From positions 1,472,001-1,536,000 of the forward strand of contig CAVYGB010000002.1 of the NCBI GenBank assembly GCA_963767925.1: 64,000 bases of DNA, read 5' to 3'. The stretch is from an uncultured delta proteobacterium (lineage in GTDB: Bacteria; Myxococcota_A; Polyangia; Fen-1088). The notes below the pieces were generated by a model. The model was not told the DNA's origin and did no database searches. It saw nothing but the letters and a program-made list of their open reading frames with translations. Shown piece after piece: positions 1 through 9,840 of this stretch (the first letter of the stretch is position 1; every line of letters starts with the position of its first letter). The translations under genes were made by a program, and so were the position numbers.

Positions 1-96
1 CTCCTCGACTCGCGTGACGTGAGCCGCCAGGACATCGAGGAGATCAAGCGCCTCATCGAGGCCAAAGAGGGCAGCCTGCCAAGGAGGTCGAAGTGA
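1..96 (+). CDS. 3' end of BlaI/MecI/CopY-family repressor (partial)
   Basis: Frame 1 reads LLDSRDVSRQDIEEIKRLIEAKE...*, like a BlaI C-terminus; the stop overlaps the GTG of the M56 gene (GTGA). Confidence 0.7.
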   Translation, partial: LLDSRDVSRQDIEEIKRLIEAKEGSLPRRSK

Positions 97-3000
97 TCCA
101 CCTGGTCCTGGGAGAAGGTTTTCCAATCTGGGCGAGCTGGGCCATCACCTACCTGCTCCACAGCACCCTCTGCCTCGCCGCCGGAGCCCTGCTCTGCCAC
201 CCCCGCCTGCGCCTGACCGCGCGCGGTCGCAACCTGGTGTGGCGCGTGGTCCTCCTGGCCCCCCTCGCCACCACGACCTTCCACACCGCCCAGCAATCGC
301 CGTTTTCCTTCACCACCGTGCACCTTCACCCCCCCGCCCCAGTACTCTCCGTCCGCGCTCCCGCCCCCGCTTCAGTCCTCTCCGTCCGCGCCCCCGCCCC
401 AGCCCTCTCCGCCCCCGTCCCCGTCCTCCCCGTCCCCGTCCCCGTCCCCGATCCGGAGGAGGTCCCTGGCTGGCGCGCGCCGACCGAAACGATCCGTGGC
501 CCGCAACCGGGAATGGCGCTCGCCGCCCCGGCTCCCTCTGAGGGATCACCCGCGCGTGAAGCAGGGACCCCGCCCACCCGATCCGCAAGTCTCGGGTCGG
601 CCCTCTCTGACCGCGCCTCACCCGCGCGATCGGTCGCAGCCCCTCCCGACGCCACCGCTCTTCTCCAGCGGGTGGAACCGGCGCCCCAGCCATTGGCAGG
701 CCCGCTGGGCAGCGGTCCGAGCGCCCAGACCGGAATCCCCCTCGCGCTCATGCTCACCGCCGCGTTCGCCCTCGTGGCGCTCGGGCGGCTGGCCCGCCTG
801 GGCGGAGCCGTGGTCCGGTTCCGGCGCGACCTGCGCCCCCGGGTCGCCGTGCACGGCCTCCCGCGGCGCCTGCTCGATCGGCTGTGCGCCCGCGCCGGTG
901 TCTCGCAGGGCGTTCGCTTGACCAGCTCGGACCGGATCGACTGCCCCATCGCCCTGGGGACCACCGAGATCTGCCTGCCCGTCCGCTCGCTCGACACCCT
1001 CGACGAACGCCTCCTCGCCGCCGTCCTCGCGCACGAGCTGGCCCACCTCGAGCGGCGGGACAACCCCTGGCTCACGACAGGCGTCCTCCTCGAAGCGGTT
1101 CTGTTCTTCCAGCCGGCGCTGCGGGTCGCTCGCCGTCGCCTGCAGCAGAGCGCCGAGCTGGCCTGCGACGATCGCGCCGTCACCCTCACCGACGATCCCG
1201 TCGGCCTCGCGCGTTCGCTCGCCGAGGTCGCCTCCTGGGAGCCGGCCCCCTCCGTCCGGCTGGCCCACGCCATCGCCTCGCCGAGGCGCGGCCTGCTCGA
1301 GCGGGTCGAACGCCTGCTCGCCCCCACGTCCAGCCCCCAGCCCGGCAGCCCCCGCGCCGGCGTCGCCGCCGCCGTCGTGGCGTTTCTCGCCGTGGCCCTG
1401 GGCGCCCCCGCCGTCGTTCCGACCGCGCAAGCCCGCCCCCGGTTCCTGGCCCCATCGGCCGCCGCCGCGCTCACGACCGCCCTCGCCGTCCCCGGCCACA
1501 ACCCCGCCACCGCCTCCCCCCGCCCCCCCGCCGAGCGCCCCTCTGTCGCGCCCTCGGCGCCGAACCGAGCTCCGGAGGCAGCGCGGGCGGTCGAGCGGGC
1601 AACCGCCAAAGTCGCTCAGGCCGCAGCCCGGGAGGAGGCGCGGGCGAGGGAACAGGCAGCGGCTGAAGCGGCGCGAGCGGGTCAGGAGGAGGCGGCGGGC
1701 GAGGGAACAGGCAGCGGCCGACAGCGCGCGAGCGGCTGAAGAGGCTGTCCGGGAGGGCGCGCGGGCGCAGCAGGAGGCCGAGCGAGAAGCCGCCCGCGCC
1801 AGGCAGGCCGCGGAGGCAGAGGCCGTCCGTGCGGGGAACCAGGCGAGCCACGGGGCAGCCCGGGTCCGGCAAGACGCTGCCCGGGAAGCCGCGCGTGCCA
1901 GGCTGCACGCGGAGCAGGAGGTCGTCCGCGCGAGGCGCACGGCGCTCGAGGAGTCTGCCCGGGTAAAACGGGAGGCTCGTGAGATCGTCGAGCGAACGAG
2001 GCGAGAGTCCGCGCGCGACGCCGCTCGGTTTCGCCAGCTCGCAAGCGCCGAAGCCGCGCGCGCGAAGCGGGACGCCCTCGCCGGGGTGGCCCGCGCAAGA
2101 ACCCAGGCCATCGCCGAAGCCGCCCGAGCCCGGATGCAGGCCGCCAGCGATTCCGCGCGCGCGAAGCAACAAGCGAGGGCAGAGGCCGCGCGAGCCCAGC
2201 AGCAGGCGTCCGCCGATATCGCCCAGGCCAGCCAACGCGCCAGCGAAGAAGCCGCCCGGGCAAAGCATCGCGCCAGCGAAGAAGGTCCCGGCGCGCCCCC
2301 CGGAGCCGCCTCCCCGCGAACACTTTCGCCGCCCGCCGCTCCGTCCGCCACTCCCAAACCTCGCACCTGGTCACCCCTTCCCGTCTCACCCCCACCCCGG
2401 CCCCCCTCGCCGCCGCCGCCGTCCGCCTCGCCCCCGCCTGGGGCCTCCAGGACCCCGGCTCCGTCCCCGCCGCCGCTCGCCTCGCACGCAACGAACCCGG
2501 ATGTGCCGCCGGCACCCCGCCCGCCCCGCGCCACGTCCCCGGCCACCCAATCCAGCTCCCTTGCCTTCGCAACACCCCCTCTGCCTCCTGCCCCATCGCC
2601 CCCGGCAGCGGTACCAGCGCCAGTGCCTCTCGCCCTGCCGCCCGGGTTTCAGGTGGCGCCGCAGCCCCCGGTCCCGCCGTCGCCCCCGGCAGCGGTACCA
2701 GCGCCAGTGCCTCTCGCCCTGCCGCCCGGGTTTCAGGTGGCGCCGCAGCCCCCGGTCCCGCCGTCGCCCCCGGCAGCGGTACCAGCGCCAGTGCCTCTCG
2801 CCCTGCCGCCCGGGTTTCAGGTGGCGCCGCAGCCCCCGGTCCCGCCGTCGCCCCCCGCCGCGGCACCTGCGCGGCCCGCCGCGCTCGATTCACCACCTGT
2901 GCCTCCCGCCCCGCCCCGGCCACGCCGGGCGCCATCTGCCCGGCCGCCGGCGGGGCCAGCCATGTCTCCTGCTCCTCCCGCGGCCCCCCGACCGCCGCGA

Positions 3001-3102
3001 CCCGCGATGCCAGCAGCGCGGGGGTCTTCCGCTGCGGCTCCTCTTGCCCCGGCAGCTCCTGTGCCTGCAGCCGTTGTTGCCCCGGGCCCGTCGGGCCGGT
3101 GA
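93..3102 (+). CDS. BlaR1/MecR1-like M56 peptidase with Ala/Arg/Glu coiled-coil and Pro-rich tail; +1 frameshift at ~1694
   Basis: TM N-terminus, HELAH zinc motif, ELACD motif. One extra G in the second copy of an EEARAREQAAA repeat splits ORF 93..1739 from the frame ending at 3102. Confidence 0.8.
2596..2850 (+). repeat. 84-bp coding tandem repeat x3 (SPPAAVPAPVPLALPPGFQVAPQPPVPP)
   Basis: Three near-identical copies seen in DNA and protein. Confidence 0.9.
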
Positions 3103-3505
3103 CGAGGCTGCGCGTGCGGCTGCGGCGGTTAGCCCCTGACCGATGCCACCGGCCCGGCGAAGGACCGGGTTGAAAACGATTCGGGCGGGTTCGAGGGCGG
3201 CGGCGCAGGCATCAGGCAAGGGGAGGAGATAACGTCGGACCGTGCGCGGAGGATTGCTCGAGCAGCGGTGGCATCGGGCCAGGCTGAATCGGCCGAGGCA
3301 GGCGGGCGCCAGCCGAGAGAACGCGTGGCGATTCGCGAGCGGAGGGCGCGAGAGGGGCGTGCGCGGACGCACAGTCCTGCTGGAGCGGCTCAGGCCGGCG
3401 TTCTCGCGTCAACCCAGGATGCGCGCGCGCGAGCAAAACAGCGTACGATGCTATCGGTCCCGGCCAGGAGAACCGGACCTACCTATTGCTCGAGGAGACT
3501 CTTCC

Positions 3506-4378
3506 ATGAAATTACCTGGGCTCGCTTCTCTGCTTGCGGTGGCTGTCGCTTTCTCGACAGCCGGGTTCGGTTGTGAAGACGACATTCCCGTAAGGCGCGA
3601 CGCCTCGGCCGGGCGAGATGGCTCGACAGACAGGGGCACCGACGGGGCTGGCGGCCGGGATGGGTCGCTGGACACCGCTGGACCCGACGCCGCGGTCGAC
3701 GCCCCCGCCGACGCTACTCCCGACACGACCACGGACGTGCCAGTAGATTCACCCGTCGACACGGCGACTCCGGATGCGCCCCCGGACACCGTCCCGCCGG
3801 ACACGGCGCTGCCGGACACGCGCCCGCCGGACACGGCCCCGCCGGACACGGCCCCGCCCGACACCGCGCCGCCCGACACCGCGCCGCCGGACACGGCCCT
3901 GCCCGACACCGCGCTGCCGGACACCGGAACGGCCGACACCGCGACCGTCGTCGCGAGCTGCGCCGAGATCAACTGTCCGGCGCTCCTGGCCGCCACCAAC
4001 CAGTGTCCGGGTGACAACATCACCTGCCGCGTGCGGACCGTCCCCGCTTCCGACCCCGAGGTCAAACACATCTGCCTCATGAACGGGGTGAAGAAGGTGT
4101 CGACCGCCACCGACAACGGCGTCACCCTGGCGGTGACCACCATGGCCGGCGCCGCCTGTTACACCCTGGAGGTCGACCACCCGGCGGTCGGCCCGGAGCT
4201 CTGGATCTTCAAGGCTCCCGCCGGCGCCGAGCTGGCCCGGGTCGTCGTCGGCGCCAGCTCCGCCATCCTGACCTGCGCGGCCAACAACGCGGTCTACGAC
4301 ATCACGAACGCGGGCTGCGACGGCATGGAAGGCGAGGGCGACGGCTGCATCGCCGACCCCACCTGCATCGTCCCGTAA
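3506..4378 (+). CDS. Lipoprotein with PDT(A/R)(P/L) repeat linker and Cys-rich C-terminal domain
   Basis: GAGGAG RBS, signal ending AGFGC, 15-bp repeats at ~3780-3925, multiple Cys. Confidence 0.8.
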   Translation: MKLPGLASLLAVAVAFSTAGFGCEDDIPVRRDASAGRDGSTDRGTDGAGGRDGSLDTAGPDAAVDAPADATPDTTTDVPVDSPVDTATPDAPPDTVPPDTALPDTRPPDTAPPDTAPPDTAPPDTAPPDTALPDTALPDTGTADTATVVASCAEINCPALLAATNQCPGDNITCRVRTVPASDPEVKHICLMNGVKKVSTATDNGVTLAVTTMAGAACYTLEVDHPAVGPELWIFKAPAGAELARVVVGASSAILTCAANNAVYDITNAGCDGMEGEGDGCIADPTCIVP

Positions 4379-4486
4379 CACCCGCTCCGGCGCCCACCTG
4401 GCGCCCAGGCCCTGGCGCACCCACCTTCTGACGACGTCGACGTTCCCCCCAAAAGGAACGTCGACGCGTCAAGGCAGGGAGGGAAC

Positions 4487-5245
4487 ATGCGGAAGGGCTC
4501 CGGTGGTGGACGAGGCAACGCGGGCAAACCCCGCCGGCGCCCAGCGGGCGCCGACCGCAGGCCCCGCCCCGCCCCCAGACCCGGACCCGGTTTGCCCACC
4601 GCCAGCCCCCCGGCCCGGGCGGCCGCCGTTTCACCACCCCCATCCGAGAAGCCGCCAGCTCGTGGCGAGGCCCCTCCGCCCGCCCGTCCGAAGGCTGCCG
4701 CGCCCGCCCGCAAGAAGGCCGCCGTGACCGCCCGACCCGTCAGCGGATCGCCAGGCCAGCCAGAGACGGCCTCACCATCCCGCTCCGCCAAAGGGTCGTC
4801 CGCGCACACCGACGCGCCGCCGTCCCGTTCCGCCGGTGAACCGGAGGTGAAGCCAGCGGGCGCCGAAGCCCGTGAATCGCGCGCTGGCGAGCCCGTGCTT
4901 CGATCTCCGCGCCGAGTCGGTCCGGAATCAGGCCAGGGCGATCGGACGCTGCCAGCTCCCCGCAAGGGGCAGAAGAAGCGGGCCCCTGGGCACCCCGGCC
5001 CTGGGCCTTCCCTGCAGCGACCTTCCAGCACGGCGGCGAGCTCTCCCGCGGCTGCGCCGGGCTCCGGGAACATGGGTGCCGGGAAAGGCGCCACCGGGTC
5101 TGTCGACACGGCCGGGGCGCTCCTTGGCCGAGCCTTGGGCTGGCTGACCCGTCACCCCACCGAGGTGGCCCTCGGCGTCGGCAGCGTCGTCCTCGCCGTG
5201 CGGTGCCTGCGGGCGGTCGGCGGCCTCCTGCGTAGCCGGCGCTGA
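4487..5245 (+). CDS. Hypothetical Pro/Ala/Arg-rich protein with C-terminal hydrophobic helix
   Basis: GGGAGGG before ATG; C-terminal VALGVGSVVLAVRCL; otherwise low complexity. Confidence 0.4.
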   Translation: MRKGSGGGRGNAGKPRRRPAGADRRPRPAPRPGPGLPTASPPARAAAVSPPPSEKPPARGEAPPPARPKAAAPARKKAAVTARPVSGSPGQPETASPSRSAKGSSAHTDAPPSRSAGEPEVKPAGAEARESRAGEPVLRSPRRVGPESGQGDRTLPAPRKGQKKRAPGHPGPGPSLQRPSSTAASSPAAAPGSGNMGAGKGATGSVDTAGALLGRALGWLTRHPTEVALGVGSVVLAVRCLRAVGGLLRSRR

Positions 5246-5341
5246 ACCAGTAGTCGCCCAGGCTGCGTGGGTCTCGCTTCGACCGCGCTCCGGCAGCGTC
5301 GGGCCTCCCGGGCGGCCGTCGACCGCACTCACGGTACCCCG

Positions 5342-5386
5342 AAAAAACTCGACCCCGCTCCCTCCGTGAAGAGGGGCGGGGTCGGG
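5342..5386 (-). terminator. Intrinsic terminator of 5431..6429
   Basis: GC hairpin (CTCGACCCCGCTC.../...GAGGGGCGGGGTCGGG) followed by T6 on the minus strand. Confidence 0.75.
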
Positions 5387-5430
5387 TAGGGCTGAACAGC
5401 GGGTGCTGTCTAGCCTATGTGGGCGCTTTG

Positions 5431-6429
5431 TTAGCGACCCATGCCGTTCCAGGTGTAGAGGAGGGCGGCCTCGAGGAGCGCCTGGCCGTCAGCGTTGAGG
5501 TCGTCGTCATTGAGGGCTTCCTCGCTGACGAAGAACCCGACGCGGCGGTTGCGGGCCTCGCGGGTGGCGTTGTTGTCGTCCTCGGCCAGCTCGGCGCCAG
5601 CCTCGTACACGAAGATCGTGGCCTCGTCGTTGTCCCCGGGGTTGGTGGCAAGAATCTCGGCGTCGCCGGCCGGTTCGCCGAAAATGATGTCGTTGTCGTC
5701 GTTGTAGACCTCGACCTCCTCATCGCTGAGATTGCCGAGCGCGGCCGTGATCGGGTGTTTGTCGTCCTGGATCTCGATCTCCTGGTCGTTCTCGACGTCG
5801 CCGTCGTTCTCCTCGACCATCTGCATCTCTTCGAGGACGGCATCGTTCATGACGATGACGGGCTTGTTGCTGAGCAGATACTCGTCCTGCACCTGGTTCT
5901 GGTTTGCGCTGGAGGAGATGATGACGAGACCGTAGCTCTGGCCAGCGACGTTGGAGTCGTCGGCGTCGTCCACGACCACGACGAAGAAGTCCATGTCGTC
6001 CTCGAGGATCTGCTGGAGGACCTCGTCACCGGTGTTCTGGGTGTTGTCCCCGTCACCAACTACGATCAGGGCCTCCTTCATGCCGACCGGAGGCGTCGGG
6101 CGTGAGGGGGGCGGAGGAGCCGGCGGCGCCGCAGGCGGAGCCACCACCGGAGGAGCGGGCGGGGGAGCCGGGGCCGGAGGAGGAGCCGGGGCCGGGGGAG
6201 GAGCTGCCGGAATCGGAGCCGGAGCCGGAGGAGGAGCCGGCGGCGGGTACACGACCGGCGGAGCTACCGGCGATGCGTTAGTACCGCGCGTACCATCGAG
6301 GTTGCCTTGGCACGCCGTGACGAGCCCTGCTGCAAGCATCAGGGCAACAGCGCCCGCCCCATTGAGCGGGAACCGTAGGGAGGAGGTTTTGGATCGCGAA
6401 TTGGGGGCCGGGAGGTGTGTTTTTGCCAC
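5431..6429 (-). CDS. Lipoprotein, Pro-rich linker, highly acidic C-terminal alpha/beta domain (paralog family A)
   Basis: LVTAC lipobox, poly-PAP linker, motifs HPI..L, IFVYEAGAEL, RRVGFF. Confidence 0.85.
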   Translation of the reverse strand: MAKTHLPAPNSRSKTSSLRFPLNGAGAVALMLAAGLVTACQGNLDGTRGTNASPVAPPVVYPPPAPPPAPAPIPAAPPPAPAPPPAPAPPPAPPVVAPPAAPPAPPPPSRPTPPVGMKEALIVVGDGDNTQNTGDEVLQQILEDDMDFFVVVVDDADDSNVAGQSYGLVIISSSANQNQVQDEYLLSNKPVIVMNDAVLEEMQMVEENDGDVENDQEIEIQDDKHPITAALGNLSDEEVEVYNDDNDIIFGEPAGDAEILATNPGDNDEATIFVYEAGAELAEDDNNATREARNRRVGFFVSEEALNDDDLNADGQALLEAALLYTWNGMGR

Positions 6430-6984
6430 AGTACCCTTTCAGTGGCTCGAGGTCCGCGGAGGTGCTCTCAAAATGCATCCGCGGAGCGTCAAGCCACGCA
6501 TTGTTTTTGGTTAGCGCCTATACGTAATCTTTTTCAGATGGTGCACGCAGAGATGACACGAATGGCCAACTCGGCAAGGGCTCCCGCGTTCCCGGGAGGA
6601 TCCGCCACGTCATGGCGGATGGGAACACTGGTAAGTGGCTCGGAGCGCCCTGGGCCGTCACTCGATAGCGGAACCCGGGCCGTCGACCGATTGTCCGTGC
6701 AGTTCAAGGTACTTCTCTTTCTGCCCGGAACCCCGAGGCCTCCTGGCCCTCCTACCCCGGTCAGAGGGAGAAAAGCCAAAAAACCGCGTGGATTCGGCCC
6801 AACGTGGGCGATTCCTGAGCCGTCAGATCCCTACAAGTAACCCTTTCGGGTCCTGAGGGCAAGCGCAAGCAGGCTACTGGCCAGCATCGCCAAGCGAATT
6901 TTCTGCATCCGGGCCCACCGGTTTCCCGTGGCATCGTTCCCACGCGCTTTCGCCCGACGCCTTCTGTTGTTATGGTCTGGCGCG

Positions 6985-8076
6985 ATGTCCGAGCCTCCTC
7001 TGGCTTCTGCGCTGGTCCTCGCCGCCTTGCTCGCGGGCCCCGCCGCCCTCGCCACGCAGAGCGGCCCGCCGGTCGGCGAAGTGGAAGAGCTCATCAACGA
7101 AGCCAACCGCCTCCGCTACAGCGGCGACGACCAGGGGGCCCTCCCCCTGCTGGTCCGCGCCTACCAGATCGACCCCAAGCCTCGCACCGCCGTCCAGCTC
7201 GGCCTCGTCGAGACGGCCCTCGGACGCTGGGCGGACGCCGACCGGCACCTCACCGAGGGGTTGAAGGCGGGTGGAGATCCCTTCATCCAGAAGAACCGCG
7301 ACGTGATCGTCGAGTCGCTGCGGAACGCGAAGCTGAAGGTCGGAAGCCTCGAGATCAATGGGGACCCCCCGGGAGCCGAGGTGCTCGTGAACGGCGTGCC
7401 GGTGGGCACGCTGCCGCTGTCGACCCCGGTGCGGGTGAACGCGGGCACGGCCGACGTCGAGGTTCGTGCTACCGGGTTTCAGGCTCATGCGCGCAGCGTG
7501 GCCGTGCCTGCTCAGCATCTCCAGTCGATCGTGATTCGGCTTGCCCCACTGGTAGTAGCGACGGGGCAGGGCGCCGGCGGCGGCGTCCCCGAGCCGGTGG
7601 GCGGGCCGGATCCGGCTGGCACCGACCTCCTCGAGCGTGAAGCAGCCGCCCGCCCGGAGCGGTCGCGCGCCGCCTGGTGGTGGATCCGCATGGGCGCCAC
7701 GGCGGCGGCCCTCGGGTCGGCGGCCCTGGGCGCCTACGGTTTCCTATCTCACGAGCAGAAGGTCGGCGCGTTCCGGGACAAGACCGATCCAGCGAATCGA
7801 CCGAGATGCTTCGAGCGCGGCAACGCCGTCGTCGACGCTGACGGGAAGCCGGCCGGCTCGGACTGCGTCGCCCTGCGATCGGAGTACGAGCAGGCCCGGA
7901 CAGTCACGATGGCCGGCGCGGTCGGCGCGGGTGTGTCGTCGGCGCTGGCCATCGTGCTGTGGATCGTGCGGCCTGACGACCCCCCGACTCGGGCAGCGGT
8001 GGGCGCTTCGCCGCGGGGCCTGTCGGTTGCTGTCGGTTCAGCCGGTGTCCAGACCGCGTACCGGTTCGCCTTCTGA
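6985..8076 (+). CDS. TPR + PEGA domain protein
   Basis: Signal peptide, TPR-like helices, PEGA motif PPGAEVLVNG..VG.LPL, C-terminal YRFAF. Confidence 0.85.
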   Translation: MSEPPLASALVLAALLAGPAALATQSGPPVGEVEELINEANRLRYSGDDQGALPLLVRAYQIDPKPRTAVQLGLVETALGRWADADRHLTEGLKAGGDPFIQKNRDVIVESLRNAKLKVGSLEINGDPPGAEVLVNGVPVGTLPLSTPVRVNAGTADVEVRATGFQAHARSVAVPAQHLQSIVIRLAPLVVATGQGAGGGVPEPVGGPDPAGTDLLEREAAARPERSRAAWWWIRMGATAAALGSAALGAYGFLSHEQKVGAFRDKTDPANRPRCFERGNAVVDADGKPAGSDCVALRSEYEQARTVTMAGAVGAGVSSALAIVLWIVRPDDPPTRAAVGASPRGLSVAVGSAGVQTAYRFAF

Positions 8077-8081
8077 GCGTC

Positions 8082-9059
8082 ATGGCGACGACGATCACAC
8101 CCATCCTCGGCCATGGCGGCTGTCGGCTGCTCCCCGCGCTGGCACTCGTCGCCGCTTGCCTGTCCGAGCCTCCTCAATATGAGGAGCCCGCGCTCTCGCT
8201 GCCCACCGGCGGCGCCGCGGGCACGTCGTGGCCTGGCCCCCCAGCCGGCGGTGGTGCGGGCGGGGCGGGAGGAAACGGCCCGCTCGGGGGGCGCGGCGGA
8301 TCGAGCCCGCCCGTGGCAGATGCGGCCTTCGAGCTCGACTCGACGGGACCGACGCCTCCGACCGCCCCCGCCGTGCGGTCCGATGGCTCCGTGCCCGATC
8401 GGCCCGCTCCCGACGCAGCTCCCGACGTTCGACCTGCTCCGCCCGCCGCTCCAGCGGTGGGACCAAGAGAAGCCGTCCTCGTCGTGGGGAACGCCGACAA
8501 TATCGCCGGCACGCCCGACGAGGCCCTGGAGGCGTTCATCAGCCAGCAGCAGTTTTTCGTTCTTGTCGCCGACGACTCGGACAGCACGGCCGAGTTCGGG
8601 ACGAACATCGGCCTCTGGGTCATCTCTTCGAGTGTCGCCGGCATGGGAACAAAGTACGAAACACTCCGGCAGCCCGTGCTGGTCATGAACGCCAATGTCA
8701 TCTCCGGCATGGGCATGACCGGTTCACTCGCAACTGGCGTGAGCGCAAACGCCACAGTCCAGATTGCCGATCCCGGACATCCTCTGGCCGGCGGGTTGAG
8801 CGGCGCCGTTCGCGTCTTTGAAGGCGTCGCGCGCAGCCACTACGGAGGACCCAGGCCGGCTGCTGCCGTGGTTGGCACGGTCGATGAACCTGGTCGCGCT
8901 GCAATCTTCGCCTACGAGGCCGGGGCGATGATGGTCCGGAACCCCGCGCCGCATCGGCGCACGGGCTTCTTTTCCAGTGAGCCCAACCTCCTCACGCCAG
9001 AGGGAATCAAGCTGCTGAAGGCGGCCTTTTACTGGACCTGGTCCGGCCAGGTGCCCTGA
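8082..9059 (+). CDS. Lipoprotein, Gly/Pro linker plus family A domain
   Basis: VAAC lipobox; HPLAGGLSG, IFAYEAGA, RRTGFF. Confidence 0.85.
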   Translation: MATTITPILGHGGCRLLPALALVAACLSEPPQYEEPALSLPTGGAAGTSWPGPPAGGGAGGAGGNGPLGGRGGSSPPVADAAFELDSTGPTPPTAPAVRSDGSVPDRPAPDAAPDVRPAPPAAPAVGPREAVLVVGNADNIAGTPDEALEAFISQQQFFVLVADDSDSTAEFGTNIGLWVISSSVAGMGTKYETLRQPVLVMNANVISGMGMTGSLATGVSANATVQIADPGHPLAGGLSGAVRVFEGVARSHYGGPRPAAAVVGTVDEPGRAAIFAYEAGAMMVRNPAPHRRTGFFSSEPNLLTPEGIKLLKAAFYWTWSGQVP

Positions 9060-9081
9060 CTGCTCGCAAGCGCCCCACCGC

Positions 9082-9756
9082 CTACTTCTTGTAGGCTTCC
9101 GAGTCGGGGAGGGTGAGTTGGTTGCGGGGGAGGCCGGTCCACCAGGCGACCTCGAGGCCGAGGAGGAAGGTCAGGCCGGTGGCGCTGGTGCCGGGGATGA
9201 AGCGGGTCTGGAAGGTGGGGGTGAGGGAGAAGCCGCCGCTGGGGCGGCCGGTGAAGGGGTACCAGGCGTAGCTGAGGCCGAGGACGTATTCGGCGCCGAC
9301 GGTGCCGCGCAGGGGCTCGTCGGGGTCGCGGTCGTCGGTCAGCTGCAGGACGCCGAGGCCGATGCTGGCGTGGGCGGCGAGGTTGCGGACCAGCTCGTAG
9401 TGGGTCTCGAGGCCGAGGCCGAAGGTGGAGGCTGCCTGGGGGCCGTCGACGGAGGCGCCGAAGGCGAACTGCAGGCCCAGGCCGATGCGCGGGGTGAGGA
9501 GCTGGCCCAGGCGCAGGTTGAAGCTCGAGCTGCGCCAGGTGCCGAGGCTGTCGTCCTCGTCCCAGTTGTGGCTGGCGCCCGAGAGGAAGGCGGCCGAGAG
9601 GTAATAGCCCTGGCGCGCGCGCGGTGGCTCGAGCAGCTCGGCCTGGGCCCGGGCGGCGCCCGCGCCGGTGGTCAGCGCCGCGCCGCCGGCGAGCACGGCC
9701 ACCGCCAGCGCCAGCAGGGCGTGCCGCTCGGGGAACTGCCGGTCGCCCCCTCGCAC
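9082..9756 (-). CDS. Putative small outer-membrane beta-barrel protein
   Basis: Signal peptide, alternating aromatic/hydrophobic strands; follows the TonB-dependent receptor. Start uncertain. Confidence 0.65.
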   Translation of the reverse strand: MRGGDRQFPERHALLALAVAVLAGGAALTTGAGAARAQAELLEPPRARQGYYLSAAFLSGASHNWDEDDSLGTWRSSSFNLRLGQLLTPRIGLGLQFAFGASVDGPQAASTFGLGLETHYELVRNLAAHASIGLGVLQLTDDRDPDEPLRGTVGAEYVLGLSYAWYPFTGRPSGGFSLTPTFQTRFIPGTSATGLTFLLGLEVAWWTGLPRNQLTLPDSEAYKK

Positions 9757-9840
9757 GGCGTTGCCCGGCAGGCGGTTCTCGACCGTCCGATGCCGATCTC
9801 TTCGCGCGCGCGGCTGCCGCGTCTTGCACTCCGGTGATCA

